A stretch of DNA of 64,000 nt, from contig CAWJTV010000044.1 in assembly GCA_963845755.1 (NCBI GenBank), forward strand, positions 1 to 64,000, written 5' to 3'. Shown piece after piece: positions 21,683 to 31,087 of the stretch. Under the pieces are notes generated by a model, which did not search any database, was not told the origin of the DNA, and saw nothing but the letters and a program-made list of their open reading frames with translations. The DNA is from an uncultured Planctomycetota bacterium (GTDB taxonomy: Bacteria > Planctomycetota > Planctomycetia > Isosphaerales > Isosphaeraceae). The first letter of the stretch is position 1, and every line of letters begins with the position of its first letter. The position numbers were made by a program, and so were the translations under genes.

Positions 21683-22117
21683 ATGAGCTACAAACCCGAG
21701 ATCAGTAGCCTGGTCGGCCTCTGGACCTACCGGAGTTTCATCGCCGACCCCGATCTGGCCACGGCGTTCAACGACCTGGAGTTCGGCCGGGCCAACATCA
21801 AGGTGGACGAGGCGCCCTTCGGCATCTTCCGGGGCCGGATTTACGACACGGGCTGGGCCCTGGAGCTCAATGGATCGATCCAGTACGGCACTCCATTCCA
21901 GGTCCGGTTTCAGGGCAAGGGGATCGTCGGCGGTGAGGAGTGGATCTACGACTACCTCGGCTACGTCGTCGCTCCCTGGCCTAATGGCGTGGACCAGCGG
22001 CCGGCGATCGTAGGGACGATCGTTCGGACGATCCCCCACTCGAGCAACGGAACGGCGATCGCGCCGGCGGGCGTGGTCGCCCAGTGGATTGCCGTCCGAC
22101 AGGACAACCCCTCCTGA
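21683..22117 (+). CDS. Small beta-barrel-like hypothetical protein lying between the lodA-like and lodB-like genes
   Basis: GGGAGGA ribosome-binding site; LVGLWTYRSF (GxW) start; alternating beta-strand pattern. Confidence 0.75.
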   Translation: MSYKPEISSLVGLWTYRSFIADPDLATAFNDLEFGRANIKVDEAPFGIFRGRIYDTGWALELNGSIQYGTPFQVRFQGKGIVGGEEWIYDYLGYVVAPWPNGVDQRPAIVGTIVRTIPHSSNGTAIAPAGVVAQWIAVRQDNPS

Positions 22118-22149
22118 CAGCCTCCAGGGCCACGCGGAGCCGACCAGGA

Positions 22150-23518
22150 ATGTGCGCAAATCGGGGATCCTCAGTGGGGCACTTCGACGTGATCGTCGGG
22201 GGCGGCGGCCCCGCCGGTGCGGCGACCGCGCTGGCTCTACTCGGCGGCGATCCCTCGCTCCGCGTCGCCGTGGTCGCGGGGCACCCTGGCGGCTCCGAGT
22301 TTGGAGAGACGCTTACGCCCAACGCCTTGCCGCTCCTCGAACAACTCGGGGTCGGGGGCGCCTTCCTCGACGACGGACCCTTGCCCTCGCACGGCACACG
22401 CTCTTGCTGGGGAGGCGAAGCACCCTTCGACAACGAGGCGGTCTTCAACCCACTGGGCCCGGGATGGCGGGTCAACCGCGGACGGTTTGATGCCTTGCTC
22501 TTGCGGGAGGCCGTCGCCCGAAGGGCGACCGTCTACGAAGGTGCGACGTTGCAGACCGTCTCGAAGACGGATCGGGGGCGATGGACGGTTCTCGTCACGC
22601 AAGCGGCAGGGGGAGGCACGATGTCCCTTAATGCCGCCTTTCTTGTCGACGCGACGGGCCGCCGGGCCACACTCGCACGACGGCTCGGCGCCCGGGTTAC
22701 GTATCTCGACCGACTTGTCGGGCTGGCCGTTCTCTTCACGTCGCCCCCGGCCACGGACGGGTTGACGCTCGTGGAAGCCTGTGAGGAGGGCTGGTGGTAT
22801 TCGTTCGCCGTGAGCGGCCCGCGCCGACTCGTCGTGCTGATGAGCGACTCCGACCTCCTCAAAGCGCACCGGCTGGCGGTGCCGGACCGGTGGCACGAAT
22901 CGCTTGCGCGGACGCGTCTCATCTCTGATGCCGCCTCGATGAGCATACCTCTGGGACCTCCCCGTCTTCTTCCCGCACAGACTCGGCGGCTCGACCGCTT
23001 TGCCGGGCCCGGCTGGCTGGCCGTGGGCGATTCGGCAACGACATTCGACCCGCTCTCGTCGCAGGGCCTGGTCAAGGCGAATTCGCTCCGGAATCCTGGG
23101 CTCCTATGCCGCCCGGAATGCCCTGGCGAGAGACGAGTCGGGCGTTCACAAGTTCGATCGGTTGATTGCCCAGGAGTTCGACGCCTATCTCTCCGCGCGG
23201 CGCGACTTCTACGGGCGTGAGTTGCGGTGGACAGGAGCACCGTTCTGGCGCCGTCGCCACCAACGCGTCACACTCGACCCGCAGTCCGTCGTACGCGTCG
23301 TGCGCGATCCCGCCGCTTGGCGACGGGCCGGATCGTACCTGTCCGACGACGATCTCACTCGACTCCGCGGCCTTTGTGAGGGACGCCGCCCCGCGTGCGG
23401 CGTGGTCTCCGCGTTCCGCGCGGCCCGGACCGGCTTGGCGGACGAGCGCGTGATCCTCGCCCTGCAGGAGATCACGACTGGGGACTTCTCAAGGACCGAA
23501 GAAGGATCGCCGTCGTGA
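22150..23518 (+). CDS. LodB/GoxB-type FAD-dependent oxidoreductase (CTQ maturation); frameshift near 23080
   Basis: VGGGGPAG, GETL, SCWG, VDATGR, EEGWWY, AVGDSATTFDPLSSQG, FWRRRH. Confidence 0.85.
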
Positions 23519-24240
23519 TGAAGATCACTCAGGAAAACGCTGATCGAGGTCATCCCGTGGAACGCGTTGATTTCAACGCGATTTACAGGAGCAAACGCGC
23601 GGACGGCCGGTATGACTGGCATGATCTCCCCCTTTACGCGGAGCGCGTGGCGATGGCCGAAGCTTTCCTCGGCCGGAACCACGCGGCGCCAGGAGACAGC
23701 GTGCTCTTCCTGGGCTGCGGCGCGGGCCACACGCTCCGGGCCATCGCGGAACACGGGCTCCCCGTATCCGGTGTGGACATCTCCGAAGTGGCGATCTCCT
23801 GGGCGAAGGAGAAAACGGACCAGTCTGGTCTCACCGCGGACCTGAGGGTTGGCGATGTCGCTACACTGGAGTCGTACTCCGACGAATCGTTTCGGTTCGT
23901 ACTCGATGATTACTGCCTCCAGTGTGTCATCGGGCCGGCGAGAGAGACCTGCTTCTCGAACGTCTTCCGCGTGCTTCAGCCCGGTGGCGCTTTCCACGTC
24001 GGGGCCGATCGTGCATGTGATTTGCCCACCGCCGGCCCGGAGCAGGATGATTTCGATCACCGATCCCGATGCTTGCTCCGCGATGGAATCCCTTACTCTT
24101 ACCTGACGCGGCGCGGTGAGCTGGAGCGGGAAGTGGCGAACGCCGGCTTTCTCATCACATTCACCGAACATCGATGGAGGCCCGGAGGCCCCTCGTACCA
24201 CGCCGGTCGAGACTGGGTGGACGCCCTCAAAGCGAGATGA
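23518..24240 (+). CDS. Class I SAM-dependent methyltransferase
   Basis: VLFLGCGAG, GVDIS, RVLQPGG; start overlaps the upstream stop (TGATG). Confidence 0.85.
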   Translation: MKITQENADRGHPVERVDFNAIYRSKRADGRYDWHDLPLYAERVAMAEAFLGRNHAAPGDSVLFLGCGAGHTLRAIAEHGLPVSGVDISEVAISWAKEKTDQSGLTADLRVGDVATLESYSDESFRFVLDDYCLQCVIGPARETCFSNVFRVLQPGGAFHVGADRACDLPTAGPEQDDFDHRSRCLLRDGIPYSYLTRRGELEREVANAGFLITFTEHRWRPGGPSYHAGRDWVDALKAR

Positions 24241-24314
24241 TTGACTCGGATTGTCGCAAGACGGATCAGCTTGCCGACGGGCATCGCGCGGCCTTCAGGC
24301 TTGGAGTCGGACGA

Positions 24315-25283
24315 ATGAAGCTGATCGTCGCAGAGTTGCAGGGCCGCCGCGTTTACGTGAGCCGTGAATTCTCCTGCACGATCGAGGATCTCGTCACGTA
24401 TTTCGGCTGGAGGCACATCGAGCCTGCCGATCTCTACGGCCATGCAGGACGCCTCAGGTTGACCCTGGTCGATCGGCTCGGGGCGATGCCCGACGTCATC
24501 TTGTTCTGGGAAGCCTACTGGTTCATCAACGCCCACGCGGAGGAGCTCGATCAACTCGACTGCTGGAAGGCCGTCTTCACGGACGACCTCCACTACCTGG
24601 ACGACGCCCGGATGTTCGTGAGGATGGCGGCCTTCATCTTGTGCGATACGGTATTATGTACGTACAAGAATGCGTATTCGCAATTCTATCCCGCGTTCGC
24701 CGCGACGAAGCAGGTCGTCTGGGTCCCGCACGCGGCCTCGCCGGAGTTCCTGCTCCCCTTCAACGAGTCTGCCGAGAACTCCATCCTGCTCAGCGGCGCC
24801 CTCGGCGAAGTCTACCCGTTTCGACAGCGGATGAAATCCATCTACGACACCGGGGCTTTCGCGATCGTGCACGTTCCTCACCCCGGATACCAACAATACT
24901 ACAACCATTCGTGCGACGAGCGCGTCGGGGCCGGATACGCCCGAACGATCCATCGATTCCGCTCGGCGTTCACCGACTGCTCGCTCCATCGCTATCTTGT
25001 CGCGAAGCATTTCGAGATACCGGCCACCGGATGCCTTCTGCTGGCCGAGCACGCGGCGGCCGACCTTCTCGAAGAATTGGGAATGATCGCGGGCGAGCAC
25101 TACATCGCGACTTCGCCCGACGACATCGAGGAGAAGATCCGGTTCGTCCTCGACGGAGCCAAACACACGGAACTCGATCACGTGAGGAGGCGAGGTCAGC
25201 AACTGGTCCGCGAGAGGCACACGACAAGAGAAAGAGCGAGGCTGATCGACGCCACGTTCAACAATCGATCGAAGACGAAGTGA
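24315..25283 (+). CDS. Glycosyltransferase (GT-B, CgeB/Glyco_trans_1_2-like); alternative start 24237
   Basis: WVPHAAS, YPFRQ, KHFEIPATGCLLL, GEHYI, VRERHT. Confidence 0.75.
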   Translation: MKLIVAELQGRRVYVSREFSCTIEDLVTYFGWRHIEPADLYGHAGRLRLTLVDRLGAMPDVILFWEAYWFINAHAEELDQLDCWKAVFTDDLHYLDDARMFVRMAAFILCDTVLCTYKNAYSQFYPAFAATKQVVWVPHAASPEFLLPFNESAENSILLSGALGEVYPFRQRMKSIYDTGAFAIVHVPHPGYQQYYNHSCDERVGAGYARTIHRFRSAFTDCSLHRYLVAKHFEIPATGCLLLAEHAAADLLEELGMIAGEHYIATSPDDIEEKIRFVLDGAKHTELDHVRRRGQQLVRERHTTRERARLIDATFNNRSKTK

Positions 25284-25427
25284 GCCGAGAAGGCATAAGG
25301 CCCCGCGATTCTCCGGCCGTGCGCAGGTATCAACTCATCGATGGAAATGCGCCTCGTCGTCCAGGCCGGCTTATGAGACGCCGGGCGCGCGAATAGGTCC
25401 CGTAGGGTGAATTCGCGTCTCTCCGGC

Positions 25428-25853
25428 TCACGGCGCGCCTTTCTTCCCCGTACCGGTGGGTGCGCCTTTCTTCCCCGTACCGGTAGGTGCGCCCTTCTTC
25501 CCCGTACCGGTGGGTGCGCCCTTCTTCCCCGTGCCGGTGGGTGCGCCTTTCTTCCCATTGCCTTTTGGCGCCCCTTTCTTTCCATTAACGCCCTTCTTCT
25601 TTTTCCCGCCCCCTCCCGTGTTGAGTGCTCTCACGAGGGCCAGCGCGACGGATTTTGCGGTAGCCTGAGGAGGAGGGCTTCCCGCTGTCAAGCTCGACAG
25701 CAATGATCTCGCCACCCCAGCCGTCAGGGTGACGCTGATGAGTGTCGAGTCCGGGAGGACATTTCCCCCGGATTTCTTCCCGCCCCATTTGCCCTTCCAC
25801 CCGGCGGACTTGGATCCAATGCTGCCCTTCGAACCGGTCGATGTGGCTCCCAT
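25428..25853 (-). CDS. Small Lys/Gly-rich protein with C-terminal (GKKGAPxGx) tandem repeats
   Basis: Strong GAGGAGG ribosome-binding site; 27-bp repeat units differ mostly at synonymous positions. Confidence 0.85.
   Translation of the reverse strand: MGATSTGSKGSIGSKSAGWKGKWGGKKSGGNVLPDSTLISVTLTAGVARSLLSSLTAGSPPPQATAKSVALALVRALNTGGGGKKKKGVNGKKGAPKGNGKKGAPTGTGKKGAPTGTGKKGAPTGTGKKGAPTGTGKKGAP
25431..25590. repeat. 27-bp coding tandem repeat, about 6 copies
   Basis: Unit approximately GTGCGCCYTTCTTCCCCGTACCGGTGG. Confidence 0.95.
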
Positions 25854-26257
25854 GATGCTCCCTCCTCACGAATGAAACGGCCGTGAAATGCCCTGGACAG
25901 GAACCCCAGTCCGCAGGCCACTGGGGCATGTTGGAGAAAACAAGTCGATCGAGATGCACTGTCACCCAATCGGTTGGCGATGCACTCATAGTCAGCGAAT
26001 GCGACGCCGCGATCCGAGCCCTCGGCCACAGGCCGAAGGGACAGATTGAGACTATCGACGTTCATCAGATCGATGTCAAGGGATAAGAATCCATAGTATC
26101 AGGCGGTCGCAATGAAACCGGTTGATCGGTCGGATGCGGCGCGACGCCTGGGCTCCCCAGGGCGTCGACCCGCCGGGCACCGATCCCGACCACCAAGGCG
26201 GTGGAGCAGGGGCGGAACCGGGCGACCTGCAGCCGGCGCGTGGTCGGAAGACCCGTG

Positions 26258-26400
26258 CAATCGATTCGTTCCACATAATCGTGGCTTCGATTTCGACGAT
26301 TCAGATCGCGTCACCCCGGGTTCATTCGCTCGGCCTCGATAGAAAAGTCTGGGCGACCCATACAATCGATATTTTCGTTATAATCGTGGCTTCGATTTCG
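26258..26400. repeat. Intergenic direct repeat with 105-bp period
   Basis: CAATCGAT-N9-ATAATCGTGGCTTCGATTTCG at 26258 and 26363. Confidence 0.85.
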
Positions 26401-27254
26401 CCGTATGGGGCCGTCTGACGTTGGGTTCGTTCGCGCGGTTTCAATGTCGAACCCGGCGGGGACACTGCACGAACCCTCACGGCGCCTCTCAATCCTCGGC
26501 TCAACTCGGCATCCTGCCTCCACGCATGCGACGATAGGTCGAGACGCGTAATTACGAGATCATGGTGCGTGTTGCCACTCGCTGGCGATAATTCGACGCG
26601 GCGTCGCCGCCGATCTCTCTGCCCTGGAATGATTTGGAAACGAGTCCGTAGACTGGTGAAAGCCGTTGACATGAGCGGCCTGGCATGCGGAGGTCCGGGA
26701 AAGATCTGGACCGCTCCGCAGTCGGTCCCGATTCCCCTAATTATCAGTATGCCGCAGGTTTCGAATCTCGTTAACGCATCGCGCGCGTTTCTGGGGAAAT
26801 TGTCATCGCAAGTTTTTACCGCTGTGATAGATAAAAAATTCTGGAAAATTGAGAAGGGGTGTGATTAGCCGCTCGTTCAACCGAGGGTCCCATAGAACGG
26901 TTAATCGCCCGGCGCGACAAGCGGCGCGTACTCAGGGTGCGCTGTGCAGCCCTGGGCTTTGCTGGGTAACGCCTTCGGCGTATCCAGCTTGTCTCCGAAA
27001 CGGGGCTCAGGGATGAGCTCCGGCGGAGCCAGAGTCCCAGGATCTGGGGAGCCCGCGATCGTCGTCTGGGCCGGAGCGATTGCGGATCCTCGCGATCGTC
27101 GAGGATAATCTTTTCGATCGGGAACGTCGGCGTGCCCGCCGAAGTCACGATTCGCGTCGCACGTCGGTCCCCCGCCGGCAGGGGCGCCTTCGGAATCCCT
27201 TCTCGCCTGAGAACCCGGTCTGACTGGGCCGTCGAGCCGAACCTGGAGGTTGGA

Positions 27255-27974
27255 ATGCCCGCGAACGAGGTCATCCAAGGGCTCTGGATCGGAGAAGCAC
27301 TCTCGACCATGGAGCGGCTTTCGATCGCGTCATTCCTCGCCCAGGGACACGAATACCATCTCTATGTGTACCAGGCAGTGTCCAACGTTCCCGGTGGCGC
27401 CGTTCTGAAAGACGCGCGCGCGATCCTGCCCGAATCCGCAATATTCCAGTACACCCACCATCCTACTTACGCCGGATTCGCCAATTTTTTCCGGTACAAG
27501 TTACTGCTCGAGCGCGGCGGCTGGTGGGTCGACACCGATGCCGTCTGTCTCCGGCCGTTCGATTTCTCGGAGGACTATGTTTTCAGCTCCGAGCTGACGG
27601 CCGAGGGGAAGACCACGCCGAATAACGGCTTCATCAAGGCGCCGGCGGGGAGCGAGGCGATGGCCTTCGCCTGGGAGGTATGCCGCTCCAAGGACACCAG
27701 CCAGATCATCTGGGGTGAGACCGGACCTCGGCTGATGTCCCAGGCCATCCAGAAATACGGCCTCGACCCTTTCCTCCAGGACCACCTGACCTTCACTCCG
27801 ATCGCGCATTTCGACTGGGAACGGATCCTGGAACCCGGCTGGCAGGGCGCGTTTTCCCCCTCGACACACTGCGTTCATCTATGGAATGAGAAATGGCGGC
27901 GTGCCGGCCGCGACAAGGACGCGCAGTACCCACCCGACTGCCTCTACGAGCGACTCAAGGCGCGATACCTCTGA
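27255..27974 (+). CDS. GT32-like (DxD, Gly_transf_sug) glycosyltransferase
   Basis: IQGLWIG..LSIASF; FANFFRYKLLLERGGWWVDTD; GETGPRL; HLWNE. Confidence 0.85.
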   Translation: MPANEVIQGLWIGEALSTMERLSIASFLAQGHEYHLYVYQAVSNVPGGAVLKDARAILPESAIFQYTHHPTYAGFANFFRYKLLLERGGWWVDTDAVCLRPFDFSEDYVFSSELTAEGKTTPNNGFIKAPAGSEAMAFAWEVCRSKDTSQIIWGETGPRLMSQAIQKYGLDPFLQDHLTFTPIAHFDWERILEPGWQGAFSPSTHCVHLWNEKWRRAGRDKDAQYPPDCLYERLKARYL

Positions 27975-30229
27975 CCCGTCGACGAGTCGTTGTATCGGCG
28001 GCCGAGGCGGTCGAGGTTGAAGTGGCACCCGAACCCGTCGCTCTCGCACTCGACGACTCGAACGGAGGTCTCTCGCCCGAAGGCTTTGGAGCAGGGGGAT
28101 TCAACTCGCCAGTATAGAGGAACGACTGTCGCTCCAGGAACGGGGCGAATCGCTCGATCGCTTCCAGGTAACACGCTCGTAAATCGGCGGGAAGCCCTCG
28201 ACTCTCCAGGACCGCATCCGCCTCGGCCGACCAGGAGGAAGGGCACGCCGAGCTACGCTGGAGATAGATCGCGACGGCGCAGTCCCATGCCTGGCCGGTC
28301 ACGGTGAATTCGGGGGAAATGATCCGCTTCAGGGCGGCGCTCTTGACCAGCGCATGCTGGGTCTTGCGATACGCCCGGGCCATGGATTGGCGGAGCAAGA
28401 GCCGGTGTCGATCGGCCGTCTCCTCGTCGATGCGGTAGATGAACCCGAGATAATCGACCGCGCCCGTGAGGGGCGCTAATTTGGGGATGTGGCCCATCAC
28501 GTGAGACTCGTCGCCGATCGTGCCCGGGAGGGACCTCGCCGGATTATAGACGTCACTCGGTACGGTCGGGATGTGCAGATTGTCGTGATCCATGAAGATG
28601 ATCCGGACCGTCCAACGACCACGCTCCCAGACACTCTTCAATCCGACGTTCCGCCCGACGAACGACTCGCCGAACGAGTAGGCCCGGATTGCGAGGATCG
28701 TCGCCCAGAAGGTGCCGAGCCTCCGCGTCAGCGAGGCGTGGACCCGGTCGGCCCGAGCCCGGTTCTCCGGAAGGCTGAACGCGGCCTCGAGGTAGGATTC
28801 GTGCGACTCATAAGGTGTATTCGGAGGTCGATAGACTCCGAGCACTTCCTCAAGAAGGCTGTCCGCAAAGCGCCGGGCCGCTCCGGTCGCCGGTCGGGGA
28901 AGCGACTCCTCGCTGTAGTGGTAGCGGACCCCATCGGCGGAGAGATACCGGCACAGCAGGTCGAGGCGGAATGAGCTGGATCCGGCCAGGACGGACTGGG
29001 CGGGCATCGCGTACTGCAAGAATTCCAGGGCCTCGGCCCATTGGCCCTGAAGCCCGGACAGGCCCGCTCCCCGCTCGCGCGAAGGAAGCGACGGACTGAC
29101 GGAGCGCGCGTTGAACGCCCGGGGAATCGTTGCCGAAGGCGCTCGGATCGGAGAAATAATCGACCAGGTGTTGACACGGACCGTTGCCCACGGGGAGGGC
29201 ATCCGGATAGGTGATGGCGGTCACGATCGAGATCGGGGCGTCCGAGCCGTGCACCAGCCGATAGATCTTGGCCAGGCAGGCCGAGCTGCCCGACTCCCAC
29301 TGAAGCGTATCGGCCGAGCTTCCGCCGTCGAGGCGGTGAGACGGAGGCACGCTCCTGCCGTTGCGCTCGTGGACGATGCTCAGCGGCCGTTCACGACGAT
29401 GGCCGGCTCGCTTGATTTCGATCTCCAGGCTGCTCCCCGGCGGCTTGACGGTCATGACCACGGTGAGGATCGGCTGCTCGACGAGCGCGTTGATCCGCGA
29501 GCTGGTCCGGTCCCCGACCCAGAACGTCTCACCGCGGTCGCATAGGGCTTCGAGCAACCCGGCCTCGAAATACGGGAGGGATGAAAGCTTGCGGTAGGAC
29601 TCCTCAAAGGCATAAGCATAATTAAAAGGCGCCGACTCGCCGGTCGATCGCCGGACCCGGGACAGGATCTCGCCGGCCACCTCGTCCGGGCGGAAGAGAT
29701 ACCGGGCAAGGGATATCTTGCAGCATTCGTCCCGCGAGGTGGCCACGAAATCCCGGATGGCCCGCGACGTGACCCGGCGCAGGCCGATGGGTGAGAGGAC
29801 GCGACCCAGCCGTTCCATGTGGCGGCGGAACTCGACGAGGAACGCCATCGGTTCGGTCGATGTGTAGCCCTCCTTCAAGACCCCGTCCCTGATCCGATCG
29901 GCCGATTCTCCGATGCCCAACAATCCCATCCAGCCGAGGAACCTCAAGGATTCGTCCACGTCGTCCGCGGACAGATGAAGGAACTGCTGGTGGAGCATCA
30001 TCGCGGCGAGGCCGCGGATCTCCCACACCTGGCCCGGGGTCGCGTCCTGTCCGCCCGCGGCCGGTGAGGTCGCCAGGGCGACGAGGGCCTCGACGAACTC
30101 GCGATCATAGGCGCGCCGGTGCCGCAGGAACGCCTGGATCAGGTCCGCAGCCGCCGGGTTGTCGGGAAACTCGGACGTGACGACCCGCTCGATCCTCGCC
30201 TGGTCGCCGTTTCGATATTCGGATTTCAT
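27955..30229 (-). CDS. Large hypothetical protein (~750 aa; frameshift near 29050), possible kinase-like fold
   Basis: ORFs 28850-30229 and 27955-29202 join; EIEIKRAG..ESFVGRNVGL..IIFMDHD. Confidence 0.65.
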
Positions 30230-30250
30230 CGCGATATCCCGCTCGCGCGT

Positions 30251-30997
30251 TCATGCCCTATCCACGCGGTCGTCGGACCAGACATAGTAAGGCTCGGTGC
30301 GGAAATGTGCCCCGTGCTTGACATCGACCATGTCCAGGAAGTCCCGGCTACGGTACCGGCAATACTCGTCGCTCGGCCGGTCCTTGCGATGGAGGATGGC
30401 GACTCCCCTGGCCACCGCCATGCACCGCCTTCGGCACTGGCTCACGCGCCAGTAGTAATCCAAGTGTTCGTTTAACGGCATATCTTCATCCCATAAAATC
30501 TGTCCGAACAGCTCGCGCCGGAAGAGGCCGAAATTCAGGATCAACTGGCAGGGCTGATAGACCACCCCTCCCGGCGTGCGCCGGAGCGGATCGGTCGACG
30601 ACCTCGCGACGATGGTGTCGCCGTCACGATGGTAGTTGTGGGCCCAGCAGGCTCGCCCGCGCGGTTCCAGGACGTCACCCCCCACCCCGGCAATCTCCGC
30701 ATCGTGGGACAGGACTTCGAGGAGCGGTTCGATGCGCGTGTGTTCGAAGAATTCGAAATCGTCCTCGCAGAGCAAGATCAGCGGGGTCGAGACGGCCTGC
30801 GCCAGGCGGTTGCGGCCCCGACTCAGGTTCGACTCGGTTTGCATGACCAGGACGGGGAGTTGCGGGTAGAACCGCCGGATCGACTCCTCGAGACGGTCGA
30901 GTGCCTGCGGGCGCAGGAAAGCGGTGATGCCGATCGTCACCAGCTCGGCCAGGGAGGTGCCCGCGATTTCCGGCGTCGGTTCGGCGCCGTCAACCAT
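30251..30997 (-). CDS. GT-A fold glycosyltransferase (GT2/GT12-like)
   Basis: VTIGITAFLRP..SIRRFYP..SRGRN..TPLILLCEDDF..EHLDYY. Confidence 0.85.
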   Translation of the reverse strand: MVDGAEPTPEIAGTSLAELVTIGITAFLRPQALDRLEESIRRFYPQLPVLVMQTESNLSRGRNRLAQAVSTPLILLCEDDFEFFEHTRIEPLLEVLSHDAEIAGVGGDVLEPRGRACWAHNYHRDGDTIVARSSTDPLRRTPGGVVYQPCQLILNFGLFRRELFGQILWDEDMPLNEHLDYYWRVSQCRRRCMAVARGVAILHRKDRPSDEYCRYRSRDFLDMVDVKHGAHFRTEPYYVWSDDRVDRA

Positions 30998-31087
30998 TGG
31001 AGCGCCTCCCGCTCGCGGCGATCGAATCCGGCACGGTCGAGGTGGGGGAGCCGGCGTGAACCGGTCCCACGAGTGCTCCGTGGCATC

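Noticed and set aside
25431..25590. 27-bp repeats as a CRISPR array
   Set aside because: Contiguous units with no spacers, in frame within a CDS, and no cas genes
25428..25620. Collagen triple-helix repeat
   Set aside because: GKK-GAP-TGT has Gly at only two of three triplet starts
26258..26400. Two-copy repeat as a mini-CRISPR
   Set aside because: Only two imperfect copies, about 67-nt gap, no cas genes
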